64,000 nt of DNA, taken from contig CBDFKD010000002.1 in NCBI GenBank assembly GCA_965248695.1, forward strand, positions 4,992,001-5,056,000. The letters are read 5' to 3'. This stretch comes from Acidobacteriota bacterium (GTDB lineage Bacteria; Acidobacteriota; UBA890; WLXD01). The notes below the pieces were generated by a model. It was given only the letters and a program-made list of their open reading frames with translations. It did no database searches and was not told the origin of the DNA. Below, in pieces: positions 20,894 to 30,596 of the stretch (positions are counted from its first letter, which is position 1; each line of letters starts with the position of its first letter). The translations under genes were made by a program, and so were the position numbers.

Positions 20894-21020
20894 CTAGTCA
20901 GCGCCTAGTTCCGTCAGTGCCTGATACGTGGTGATTCTCATGCGGTAGCGCGTGTCGTCGCTCCACGGCGATCCCAGCAGTTGCGTCATCAGGATCGCGA
21001 TCAGGTCCTCCTCGGGATGC
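20894..21020 (-). pseudogene. C-terminal fragment of a beta-lactamase-family serine hydrolase
   Basis: HPEEDLIAILMTQL...TYQALT resembles that family's C-terminus; the rest of the gene is absent. Confidence 0.5.
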
Positions 21021-21235
21021 GACCAACCGCAGGCCCTCCACGAACGCCAAAGTAGATAGCAAGAGCAGCGACAACGAGAGCGTGATCTTCGTGCAATCCC
21101 CATAGACGAATGGCGCGATTCTTCGATCGATCGCCCATGCGTCGGTACAGGCCAACCAAAACAACGGAGCTGCCATGTACTTTCGTCTCGGTTGACCCAT
21201 CAACAAGATGGCGAGCGCCCAGGCCGCTCGCAAGG

Positions 21236-22516
21236 CTACAGGCCCCGTCGCATGTAGCGGCTGATGGCGTCGATGGCGCGCTCGATATCCACTTCCGTGT
21301 TGTAGAAGTGCGGCGAGAAGCGGATTCCACCCCGGTCCGACCCACCGCGAGACGCGGCAACGATGCCGTCCTCCTCGAGCGCTCCGAGAACTCGTCTGGC
21401 ATCGAGATTCCCGGGGCGGAAGGTGACTACCGCTGCACGCAATCGCGGATCTGCCGGGGTCCACATGTGAACGCCGTCGATCGCGTTCAGGCCTTCGATG
21501 AGCTGGCTGGCCAATCCTCGGCTCCGTGCCTCGATCTCGTTTTGACCGATCGATTGGAGGAACTCGATCTGCGTGCCGAAGGCCTGCAGCGCGGGGGTGT
21601 CGCGCTGACCCATGCCCTCGTGCGTGCGCGACAAGCCCGACCGTCCCGAGTAGGCGCTGTAGCTCGAGGGCCAGAAACGATCTTGGACCCGCGCGTTGAC
21701 GTACAGCACTCCGGTCTCCTTCGGGCCGCACGGCCATTTATGAGCGCTGCCCGAATAGAAATCCGGCTGGATATCGGACAAGTCCACGTCCAGCAGGCCG
21801 AACGACTGGGCGCCGTCGATCAATGAAATGACGCCGCGTTCTCTGGCCAGGGCACAGAGCTCTTTGGCGGGAAAGAGATCTCCCGCGGTGTTGCTCTGGT
21901 GCATGAAGGTCAGGACGCGCGTTTTCGCCGTGATGGCACGCTCGAACGCCGAGATGTAGTACTCGAATCCGGGGTGCGGATTGACTTGCTCCACTTCCCG
22001 TACGGTGTAGCCGAAACGTTCCGCCTTGCCCTTCCACGCCTCGTTGTTGCTGGGGTGGTTGTCCGAGAAGATCAGGACCTCGTCGCCCGGCCCCAGGTCG
22101 AGCCCGTTCGACACCCAGTTGTTCGCCTCGCTCGTGTTTCTCGTAATGAGGATCTCTTCGGGCGTGACGCGCAGGAATCCGGCGAGCAGCTCGCGCGTAC
22201 GTTCCTTGCCCGCACCGATCTCGCTGCGATAGCTGGGAAACGGGGCACGATCCAGTTGTTCGGTGTGCTTGACGACCGACTCCATTACCAGGGCTGGGGC
22301 AGGGCACAGGTTCGCCGCATTCAGGACCGATACATCGGGTGGCATCAGGAATTGTGACCGAACGTCATCCCAGGCGACCGCGCCCGGGCGAAGAGATCGG
22401 GCCGAGAGCAGCGGAGGTTGAAACCCCGCGAAGCCCGGGTGTCCGAGCAGCGCGGCCGAGCCGCCGGCGGCGAAGAGGCGTGCGAAGTCACGACGGTTCA
22501 AGGGCATGCGGCGCAT
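21236..22516 (-). CDS. Tat-exported aminotransferase class V PLP enzyme (isopenicillin N epimerase/C-S lyase-like)
   Basis: NRRDF twin-arginine leader; LNAANLCP, DGAQSFG, SAHKWPCGP (PLP Lys), IRFSPHFYN. Confidence 0.85.
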   Translation of the reverse strand: MRRMPLNRRDFARLFAAGGSAALLGHPGFAGFQPPLLSARSLRPGAVAWDDVRSQFLMPPDVSVLNAANLCPAPALVMESVVKHTEQLDRAPFPSYRSEIGAGKERTRELLAGFLRVTPEEILITRNTSEANNWVSNGLDLGPGDEVLIFSDNHPSNNEAWKGKAERFGYTVREVEQVNPHPGFEYYISAFERAITAKTRVLTFMHQSNTAGDLFPAKELCALARERGVISLIDGAQSFGLLDVDLSDIQPDFYSGSAHKWPCGPKETGVLYVNARVQDRFWPSSYSAYSGRSGLSRTHEGMGQRDTPALQAFGTQIEFLQSIGQNEIEARSRGLASQLIEGLNAIDGVHMWTPADPRLRAAVVTFRPGNLDARRVLGALEEDGIVAASRGGSDRGGIRFSPHFYNTEVDIERAIDAISRYMRRGL

Positions 22517-22723
22517 GGGATCCTCCTGGGTCTGCACGGTGATGGAGCCAAACTACTGTTCGTGAGAGCGACCGGCAATACGTTGAGGTTCAGCTCGTCG
22601 CCGCAAGTCTCGCCAGCATGCGATTTGCACCGCCCCGGGACGGACCAGTGCGGTTGGCAGTCCGATCTGATACACACCGGCCAGGGGAGCACCCGAGCAC
22701 CTCCGAACGAGAGAGGCACAGCG

Positions 22724-24520
22724 ATGAAGGCACGGACCCTGCTGATTCTCGTCTTGCTGCTGACGCTTGCGCCCAGGGGGCACGCGCAAGAGGTCATCGC
22801 ACCGCCGGCCGTCGCCACTCGCGCAGTGGCGATGAACCCCATCAACCCGTCCGCAGCGGGTACGACGATCACCCTCACCGGCAAGGACCTCACGATCGAC
22901 GAGGTCGTCGCGGTGGCGCGCCACGGCGCGAAGGTGGAGTACGCTCCCGCGGCTCGGCAGCGCGCTCTCGACGCCTACAACCTCCTGCTCGAGGGCACAC
23001 GCCAGAACGTGCCCATCTATTTCTTCAATCGCGGCGCGGGTTCGGGGCGCGAGATCGCCATCTTCGAAGGGGATGCGCTCCTGCCCGAGAATGAGCAGAT
23101 GCTCCGAGACCGCCAGCTCGCAAGCTTCCGCCGCGGTGCTCGCTCGGGCGTCGGCCCGGTGGTCAGGGACGAGGAAATCGTGCGGGCGATGATGGTCGTT
23201 CGCGCCAACACCATGGTCTACGAGGCGGCCACGCCCGCGCTCACCCAGATGCTCATCGACCTGATCAACGAGAGGGTCACTCCTGTCGTCTGGTCGCGTG
23301 GCTCGCCGGGCGAGGGTGACCTGCCGATGATGTCCAACGTCGCCGGGACGATGGTTGGCGCCGGCGACGCGTACTGGAATGGGGTACGGATGACGGCGGC
23401 GGAGGCCCTGCAAAGGGCCGGTCTGGACGAGCTCGAGCCCTTTGCCGGTGACTCTGCGGCACTAGTGAGCTCGAACGCGTACTCGGCCGGCCAGGCCGCG
23501 CTGTTGCTCCACGAGGCCAGACGCATGCTCGACTGGTCGGACGTGACCTTCACGACAAGCATGCTCGGTCTCAATTCGAGCATCACACCGCTGACCGCCG
23601 TACCACAGAACGCCCGCCCTTTCCCGTACCAGAACATGCAGGCGCGGCGCCTGCTGAACCTCATACGCGGTAGCTACCTCTTCGACTACGAGGTAGACGG
23701 CGGCCGGATCATCCAGGACCCGCTCAGTTTTCGCGACTACAGTCAGCGCAACGGCGCGCTATGGGAGGCCTACGACCGGCTCAAGCGTAACGTCCTGATC
23801 CAGATCAACTCGTCCGACCACAACCCGGCTGTCGTGCCCGGCGCCAAGCCGAGCGACTCCTGGGAGCTCGATACCCCCTGGTTGAAGCGGTACTACATCG
23901 AGCCCGGCCCGTACTCGGAACAAGGCGGCTACATCGTCTCGAACGCGAACTTCGTGGCCCAACCCATGGCCAACGACCTGCAGGCCTTCTCGATGGCCGT
24001 TGCCGAAAGTCTGGCGGGTTCGGTGCAGCGTGTCATGCGCTTCCCGGACACGTTCTTCAGCGTTATCAGGCCGGCCGATGTTCTCTCCGCGGAGGTGCGC
24101 GCCAAGGCGCCCTCGGGGGGCAATGGCTGGGCGACCTCGGACCTCATGGCCGAGCTCCACACTCTGACGAACCCGTTACCGGCGCAGGGGCTTGCCCTCG
24201 TCCGCAACGTCGAGGACATGGAGTCGTATACGCGCCAACGCGTTGGGCGAGCTCGGCAGGCCGTAGACATCGCGCTTCGGATCATCGCGCAGGAGATGCT
24301 CTCAGCGAGCTACTGGGTCGAGGTCCGCAGAGCGCAGAACCCGGCCCGTTCGTTCGGTCGAGTGGCGGAGGATGCGCTGGCCGGCCTTCGCACTGTCCTG
24401 CCGTGGCAGGCGGATGAGCGGCCATCGATACCGGTAGGAGAGATCGTCTATGCGTTCATGCTGAGCAATCCGGCGGCTAATTACATCGGTGCTGAGGAGG
24501 GAAGCAGCGTTCCCCGCTGA
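22724..24520 (+). CDS. aromatic amino acid (HAL/PAL-fold) lyase-like protein with signal peptide, lacking the canonical ASG motif
   Basis: LTGKDLTIDEVVAVAR, VRAMMVVRAN, RGSPGEGDL, QDPLSFR, NSSDHNP, SNANF, VEDM. Confidence 0.8.
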   Translation: MKARTLLILVLLLTLAPRGHAQEVIAPPAVATRAVAMNPINPSAAGTTITLTGKDLTIDEVVAVARHGAKVEYAPAARQRALDAYNLLLEGTRQNVPIYFFNRGAGSGREIAIFEGDALLPENEQMLRDRQLASFRRGARSGVGPVVRDEEIVRAMMVVRANTMVYEAATPALTQMLIDLINERVTPVVWSRGSPGEGDLPMMSNVAGTMVGAGDAYWNGVRMTAAEALQRAGLDELEPFAGDSAALVSSNAYSAGQAALLLHEARRMLDWSDVTFTTSMLGLNSSITPLTAVPQNARPFPYQNMQARRLLNLIRGSYLFDYEVDGGRIIQDPLSFRDYSQRNGALWEAYDRLKRNVLIQINSSDHNPAVVPGAKPSDSWELDTPWLKRYYIEPGPYSEQGGYIVSNANFVAQPMANDLQAFSMAVAESLAGSVQRVMRFPDTFFSVIRPADVLSAEVRAKAPSGGNGWATSDLMAELHTLTNPLPAQGLALVRNVEDMESYTRQRVGRARQAVDIALRIIAQEMLSASYWVEVRRAQNPARSFGRVAEDALAGLRTVLPWQADERPSIPVGEIVYAFMLSNPAANYIGAEEGSSVPR

Positions 24521-24578
24521 CCGCAGCCCTGGGGGCGGCGATCGAGGGGCCGCGCGCGATGAGCGGTGGAGGTCGAGG

Positions 24579-26333
24579 ATGCAGAGAGTCACAGTGATGG
24601 CAGCTGCTGCGCTGCTGCTCGTGTCGTTCCTGGGCACGGCGGCCGCTCCTCAGGTCTCGAGCCCGGTCGTTGCCGAGGTGATCTATCGCAACGGCAAGAT
24701 CTTCAAGGGTCTCGACGAGAGCTTCGCAGATGCGGTCGCGGTTCGCGACGGCAGGATCGTCGCGGTGGGAGCCGACGAGTCGGTGCTCACGCACCGGGGC
24801 GAAGCGACACGGTTTGTCGATCTCGAAGGCCGCACGATGCTGCCGGGGTTCTTCGACAACCATATTCATCTCGGGCGCGACGGCCCACCGCTGATGGAGT
24901 GGAAGGGCGGTCTGATCGCCGAGGTGCCCGACTGGATCCGCGCCGCCACCGAAGTCACGAGCCTGCAGGACGCCTTGCGCGACAAGGCGGCTGCAACACC
25001 GCAGGGGGAGTGGATTCTAGGGGCTCTGAGCCGTGAGGTCTGGCCGAACCAGAGCCTGCCGACGCGGTGGGACCTGGACGAAGGCGCGTTCGACCACCCG
25101 GTGCTGCTGACCCGGGGCCCGCACACCACGATTCTCAATTCCCGTGCCCTGACCCTGGCGGGAATCAGCAACTCGACGCACTCCGCCGGCGGCGGCGAGA
25201 TCGGCAAAGACGCCGCCGGTGAGCCCGACGGCCGGCTCTACGACGCCGCGCGGCGCCTGGTTGCGGAGGTGGCGCCCTCGAGTGGTGCCGGTGTCATCGA
25301 TGAGCGTCAGGCGATCGAGAACATGCGGCGCAGCCTGCTCCAGCATGCCAGCGGAGGCGTGACGAGCGTAAACATCGCGTCGGTGCGGCCGGGCGAGCTG
25401 CGCACGATCCAGACCCTCTACGAGCGTCATGGCGAAGAGCTTCCGCGAGCCACGGTTCAGCTACGTCTGCGGCCCGGCTATGATGCCTATGACGATCTCG
25501 ACGTGGCGGTTCGCGAGTCCGTCCGGGAGCTGGAATCGATCGGGTTCGTCACCGGCTTCGGCGACGATCGCCTCCGGCTCGGTGCCATCAAGATGAGCAT
25601 TGACGGTGGCTTGAGCGCGCCGGCGTTCTGGTCGCTCGCACCCTATGAGAACCGGCCGGAGTTCCAGGGCGTCGTGCGCATTCCAGCTGCTGCCTTCTAC
25701 CCGGTGGCCCGGCGGGCTCACGAGCTGGGTTGGCAGCTCGGAATCCATACCATCGGCGACGGCGCCGCCGAGATGGTGGTGTCACAGCTGGAGCAGATCC
25801 TCACCGAACTGCCGCGCGAGAATCATCGCCACTACCTGCACCACGTGTCGGTGAAGCCGCCGCAGGAGACCATCGAAACGATGGCGCGCCTCGGCATCGG
25901 CGTTGCCAGCCAGCCGAGCTTCACCGTCGGTCTCGGAGCATTCGCCGTCGAGGCACTGGGCGGGAACCGCGAGGCGACGATGAACCCGACACGATCGCTG
26001 CTCGACGCCGGCATATGGGTGAGCTGGGGCTCGGACGGCGCCCCCTACGGTCCACGCGTCAGCCTGTGGACCGGGATCACGCGGAAGGGTTGGGACGATC
26101 GGGTGTACGGTGCGGCAGAGGCGGTTACGCGCTCGGAGGCCGTCCATCTGCATACGTGGGCACCGGCCTACCAGACCTTCTCGGAGGACGTGAAGGGGAC
26201 CATCGAGGTTGGCAAGCTGGCAGACTTCGTGGTGTTGGGAGCGGACCTGTTCACCATCGACGTGGATCGCATCCGCTACGTCACGATATTGCGGACGATC
26301 GTCGGGGGACGCGAGATCTACACGCGACACTAG
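24579..26333 (+). CDS. secreted amidohydrolase (YtcJ/Amidohydro_3 type)
   Basis: DLEGRTMLPGFFDNHIH, IHTIGD, WGSDG, KGTIEVGKLADFVVL, TIVGG. Confidence 0.88.
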   Translation: MQRVTVMAAAALLLVSFLGTAAAPQVSSPVVAEVIYRNGKIFKGLDESFADAVAVRDGRIVAVGADESVLTHRGEATRFVDLEGRTMLPGFFDNHIHLGRDGPPLMEWKGGLIAEVPDWIRAATEVTSLQDALRDKAAATPQGEWILGALSREVWPNQSLPTRWDLDEGAFDHPVLLTRGPHTTILNSRALTLAGISNSTHSAGGGEIGKDAAGEPDGRLYDAARRLVAEVAPSSGAGVIDERQAIENMRRSLLQHASGGVTSVNIASVRPGELRTIQTLYERHGEELPRATVQLRLRPGYDAYDDLDVAVRESVRELESIGFVTGFGDDRLRLGAIKMSIDGGLSAPAFWSLAPYENRPEFQGVVRIPAAAFYPVARRAHELGWQLGIHTIGDGAAEMVVSQLEQILTELPRENHRHYLHHVSVKPPQETIETMARLGIGVASQPSFTVGLGAFAVEALGGNREATMNPTRSLLDAGIWVSWGSDGAPYGPRVSLWTGITRKGWDDRVYGAAEAVTRSEAVHLHTWAPAYQTFSEDVKGTIEVGKLADFVVLGADLFTIDVDRIRYVTILRTIVGGREIYTRH

Positions 26334-26342
26334 CGTGAATTG

Positions 26343-26963
26343 CTAGCGCGCGATTTCTGCCAGGGCGGGGACCAGATCTCCGTAGCCGGTAAAGCGACGC
26401 TCATACTCGAGGCCCAGAAAGTCTGCCGCTTCGCGCGCCAGCTCGTCCAACTGCGGATCATCCGTCTGGGCGATGTACAGCGCCGTTGTGTAGTTGCCGA
26501 AATACATCTCCAACAATTCCGGATGCCGGTCGAGCCCCAGTGGGCGTTTCAAGAACGCATCGAAGTTACGTGCGAAGAAATCCGTGATGAAGAATGTCGT
26601 CAGGTAGGCACCGTCTGCTTCTTCGAAGGCTTGATTGCCGATGTAGAACGAAAAGCAATGCGGCCCTTCGATGCGTGACACGCCGTGCTTTTCGCATACC
26701 TTGTCCAGCTCGCCGCAGGTGCCGCAATCGGCGTAGCCGACGAATACATGCTCATAGCCGTCAGCACGCGCCTTGTGGATTGCGGCGTCCATGGCCGGGG
26801 CTATTTTTTCCGGATGAAAGTGGTAGTCGGCGGGCAGGCACTTCAGGTCGACGTAGTCGAAACCCAGCTGCTCGTTTACCGCCAGGACTTCACGGGCAAT
26901 CATGCCGCAGGCGATGACGCGGATCTTTCGCTTCTGTGCTGTGCCCGCAGGGTGCGTGATCAT
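26343..26963 (-). CDS. DUF1638-domain protein
   Basis: IACGMIARE, LPADYH, YADCGT, GPHC, FFITDF, LGLDRHPEL...YFGNY. Confidence 0.8.
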   Translation of the reverse strand: MITHPAGTAQKRKIRVIACGMIAREVLAVNEQLGFDYVDLKCLPADYHFHPEKIAPAMDAAIHKARADGYEHVFVGYADCGTCGELDKVCEKHGVSRIEGPHCFSFYIGNQAFEEADGAYLTTFFITDFFARNFDAFLKRPLGLDRHPELLEMYFGNYTTALYIAQTDDPQLDELAREAADFLGLEYERRFTGYGDLVPALAEIAR

Positions 26964-27077
26964 GGCTCAAGCTTACAGGCAGCGATTGCTGCGGCACGAG
27001 CCGCGACAGCTCGTCGAACGCGGGTTTTCGCTGTTCCCTGGCGTTTCGCCCGAGGCACGCACCCGATCCCGGTCAGG

Positions 27078-28292
27078 CTACTTCACCGCCATGATTTGAA
27101 TTTGCACGACCCCACGACCAAGCGGCTGTTCGCCGACCACGGTCCAAGCCGGATAATCCCCCGTGAAGACCTCGCGGTACGCATCAACCATCGCAGGGTA
27201 ATCCCGCGTGTCACTCAGAAGAACCCATGCATCAACGACGTGCCGCCACTCGAAGCCGGCTGCTTTCAACCCACGACCCAGCCTGGCCAGCACCTCCCGC
27301 GTCTGCGCGTTCGCGTCGCCTCTGGTCGCGTCGGTCACGCCCTGGATTCCGCTGCTGAACAAGCGATTGCCAACAACGACCATGGGGCTCGCTGAGGGTG
27401 CGACGTCAGCATTCGGAATGCTGATAATCGTTTTCGGAGCCTCGACGGAGATAGTGGTGATCTCATCAAGGATGGTGCCCATGATGCCGGCCCTGAGGGT
27501 CGCCCGCGCCGGAGGGTCTTTAGGGAAGAAAGCGCGATAGGCCTCGTCCATCTCGTTCGCCAGCGCCTGATCCTGTACATAGACACGCGAGAAGACGACG
27601 TCGGCATGTGACATTCCAGCCGTCGACAACGCCTCCCCGATATCAGTCAGGGTTTGGGTCACATCCTTTCGCATGTCGCCACGTATGTACTGGCCCCCTC
27701 GCTTGTTGCTGGCGACGAGTCCCGAAATCCACAGCGTGTCGCCTGACTTGATTGCCCACGGGTAGGGCAGATTTGACTTCCCCCATTCCGCGGGTTGGAC
27801 GATTGTGCGCTCAGCTCCCTTGCGCAGTGCGATGATCGTGATCTCCACTAGGGCTGCGGATGGTGCCAATAGGTCGCCGGCCATGGTGGTCCGGACCGGG
27901 AGATCCAAATCGTCGCCTCGCGCGGTCTTGTGGGTGGTCTTGGGCCAGCCTGGATAGGCCTTGTACTCCTCGTTCATGGCCCTGAAGTCACCCTTGCTCC
28001 GCAGGTACACGTAACTCGAAACCGCCTGTTCAAGGCTGGTGTCTGCGTCGTGCAGGATCGCGGAGATGTTGTCGAGAGCCCGCCGAGTCTGGGTCTTGAT
28101 GTCGCCGAACCTACCGTCAGGTTCGCGTCCGAACTGTCCGGAGACGTACACGTAGTCGCCGGCGACCACTGCCGCACTTGCCGGCATATCGCGGTCCCCG
28201 CCGGTCATCTTGATGACCCGTTTGCCGCCCTGGCCCAGAGTCGCCACCTGAATCGCTCCGACTAGCAGAATGACGCCACCGATCGCGCGCAC
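27078..28292 (-). CDS. triple-domain RidA/YjgF family protein with N-terminal signal
   Basis: Three repeats (VYVSGQ...PVRTT; LWISG...PPARAT; LFSSG...PAWTV). Confidence 0.82.
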   Translation of the reverse strand: MRAIGGVILLVGAIQVATLGQGGKRVIKMTGGDRDMPASAAVVAGDYVYVSGQFGREPDGRFGDIKTQTRRALDNISAILHDADTSLEQAVSSYVYLRSKGDFRAMNEEYKAYPGWPKTTHKTARGDDLDLPVRTTMAGDLLAPSAALVEITIIALRKGAERTIVQPAEWGKSNLPYPWAIKSGDTLWISGLVASNKRGGQYIRGDMRKDVTQTLTDIGEALSTAGMSHADVVFSRVYVQDQALANEMDEAYRAFFPKDPPARATLRAGIMGTILDEITTISVEAPKTIISIPNADVAPSASPMVVVGNRLFSSGIQGVTDATRGDANAQTREVLARLGRGLKAAGFEWRHVVDAWVLLSDTRDYPAMVDAYREVFTGDYPAWTVVGEQPLGRGVVQIQIMAVK

Positions 28293-28300
28293 GAGCCGCT

Positions 28301-29143
28301 TCAGCTCGTCGGCTTGGTGAACTTCAACAGGTAGCGATCGGTGTCGTGGCGGCCATCATAGGTGCCCTCGTCGAAGCCCGAAGTGCTACGGTCGTCAGCC
28401 GGGTTTGCCAGCATGTCGGAGCGCCCCGAGAGCTCGAAGCCCCCGGCGGTGAACTCGTCGATTACGGTTTGCTCGTTGAGGCGATGCGTCTCCGAGTCCC
28501 ATCCGGGCCTGTTGCTGGCTGCCTCGACGATGCCCACCACTCCGCCTGGCTTCAGGGCTCGGAGCATCTCGGTCACCGCCTCGGGGCGAGAGGGGCCAGG
28601 GACGGTCGCGAGGTCGTGGTAGCTGCGCACCGCGACCATGACGTCGACGCTCCCCGATTTCATATCCGCAAGCTTGTCGAGTAGCTCGACGTTGCTCAGC
28701 CCATGGCCCTGGATACGCTGCTGCAAGCCCTCTCTCGTGGAGTAGTCGGTGTCCAGACCGAAGAAACCCAGGACACTCAGCACGTGCCCGTCCGCGCCCA
28801 TCAGGCGTGACATCAAGTGAGTGTTGTAGCCCTCGGCAGGCCACAGATCCGCAACCGTCATGCCTGGCTGCATGCCCAGCCACTCGTAGACATCGATTGC
28901 TTTGCGGCCAACATCCTCGGTGCGCTCGGCATCGGGGCGCGTCGGGTCATCGAGGACAGAGCGATCCAGCAGCGTCACGGCCGAATCTTGTGGCAAGGCC
29001 GAGGCAGTCTCGTCCGGGGCTAGTGGCTGGGTTTCCGGGCTACAGGCGATCATCGTTACCGCCACTCCCACGAGCAACGAGAGCAAGTGCGTATCTCCGA
29101 CGACGGCGTGATTGGTACGCTTGAACCGATTCGCCTGTCTCAC
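28301..29143 (-). CDS. class I SAM-dependent methyltransferase, predicted lipoprotein
   Basis: MIAC lipobox; PGMTVADLWPAEGY, YHD, LKPGGVVGI, LANPADD, TDRYLLKF. Confidence 0.8.
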   Translation of the reverse strand: MRQANRFKRTNHAVVGDTHLLSLLVGVAVTMIACSPETQPLAPDETASALPQDSAVTLLDRSVLDDPTRPDAERTEDVGRKAIDVYEWLGMQPGMTVADLWPAEGYNTHLMSRLMGADGHVLSVLGFFGLDTDYSTREGLQQRIQGHGLSNVELLDKLADMKSGSVDVMVAVRSYHDLATVPGPSRPEAVTEMLRALKPGGVVGIVEAASNRPGWDSETHRLNEQTVIDEFTAGGFELSGRSDMLANPADDRSTSGFDEGTYDGRHDTDRYLLKFTKPTS

Positions 29144-29241
29144 CGTTGATCTCCTTTCACCGGGGCAAAAGACCTGTATCCCGTGGGCTAGGGGGCTGCC
29201 GATTCACTCGACAAGAGCGTCAACGAACTCACGACTCCCGG

Positions 29242-29520
29242 CTAGTGGCCTGTAACAGGGAATTCGATAGTGCCGTGGTGGCGAGATGGGGTCGAATGCA
29301 AGGCGCTCCGACGAGTCGATGTTGGTGCATCTTGGAGGAGGAGCAACGCCGCAGGCGGCCCGATCTCGCCGCCATCCTGCGGACAGATGGGCAGTTGCGG
29401 GCGATATCGGCGTTGCGACTCGTCGACGATGCCCGACGGCATCGCCATCCTCGCCGCGCCTCGATCTCGCCCGCAAATCCCATCTGCGGCACTATCGAAT
29501 TCCCTGTTACAGACCACTAG
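29242..29520. mobile_element. MITE-like element (279 bp) with 34-bp terminal inverted repeats
   Basis: CTAGTGGCCTGTAACAGGGAATTCGATAGTGCCG ... CGGCACTATCGAATTCCCTGTTACAGACCACTAG (1 mismatch); two long internal hairpins; no credible CDS. Confidence 0.85.
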
Positions 29521-30440
29521 AAATCTCTCGCATGGACCAAACGGGTATCCATATCCGCTGGCGCGTCCAGGCCGAAGGCTCGCGCGACCGTTGCTGCCGT
29601 GACGGTAACGGCCAGCGAGCCGAGCTTACCGCGCGCGATTCCATCACCCCAGAGAATCCAAGGGACCCTGTTGTTCGAACTGCCCCTACGATCGTGAGAT
29701 CGGCCCTCGCCGCCGTGATCGGCGGTAACGATGACGATAGAGGGACCCGGTAGCGCCCCACTCTCTAGCACGGCAATCAGGCCGCCGAGCAACGCGTCCA
29801 CTCCGCGCAGCGCCAGCGTCTGTTTCTGATGCCCCCACCCGAACTCGTGTCCTGCTCGATCGACGTCCGGCAAGTGCACGAGCATCAGGTTCGGCTGTTC
29901 TTGTATCAGGTACTCGCGCGCCTCTCGGGCAACGATCGCGGCCGGGACATCCCGGACCTCCATTCGATCGATCGCCGGCGACAAGGCGATGTGCAGCAGC
30001 TTGGTCTTGCCGGCGAAGAATGCTGTCTTCAGCCCGGCCTCGTGGGCGACGTCGAAGACCGTTGCCGCCTCGACCAACCCCCGATCCGCCTCGTAGGCGT
30101 TCCACGTTACTCGGTGGATCGGAGGCTCGACGCCCGTCACGATCGAGGTGATCGCCGGCAGTGTAACGCTCGGCTGCACCGTTCGAGCGTCGAGCGTTGC
30201 AGCGCCCTCGCTGATCAGCCGGCTGAGCGTGGGCGCATGTTCCTTGGAGATCAGGTCGGACCGCAACCCATCCAGAATCACGATGATGACGTGACCGTCG
30301 GACCCGATCGGCGCCAGCTGGTAGGGACGCCCTGGCCGCTCGTTCACCGTGGAGCAGGCCACGAGCGTGGCGACGATCGGTGTCGCTGCGGCGAGGCTGA
30401 CGAGGAACCTGAATCGCCGCCGGGAAAAGGCAGGCGTCAT
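29517..30440 (-). CDS. alkaline phosphatase / nucleotide pyrophosphatase family lipoprotein
   Basis: ILDGLR, PSVTLP (Thr nucleophile), DRAGH, TADHGG. Confidence 0.85.
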   Translation of the reverse strand: MTPAFSRRRFRFLVSLAAATPIVATLVACSTVNERPGRPYQLAPIGSDGHVIIVILDGLRSDLISKEHAPTLSRLISEGAATLDARTVQPSVTLPAITSIVTGVEPPIHRVTWNAYEADRGLVEAATVFDVAHEAGLKTAFFAGKTKLLHIALSPAIDRMEVRDVPAAIVAREAREYLIQEQPNLMLVHLPDVDRAGHEFGWGHQKQTLALRGVDALLGGLIAVLESGALPGPSIVIVTADHGGEGRSHDRRGSSNNRVPWILWGDGIARGKLGSLAVTVTAATVARAFGLDAPADMDTRLVHARDF

Positions 30441-30480
30441 GTGCCTCTTCTGATAGACGGCTCGGGGTGGCCCAGTCGAC

Positions 30481-30560
30481 TGCCGGGTTCCATTGCGTTT
30501 CCGAGAAGGGGAGCGAACATAGACATACGAAGCCTACCGCGCGATCGTGGGAGGCTCCAA
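30481..30560 (-). repeat. island repeat copy (promoter plus MEPG start)
   Basis: Minus strand TTGGAG-N18-TAGGCT, then GCAATGGAACCCGGCA about 50 nt downstream. Confidence 0.65.
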
Positions 30561-30596
30561 GGGAGCGACAGAGGAGACCCGCATCGGGCGCGCTTG

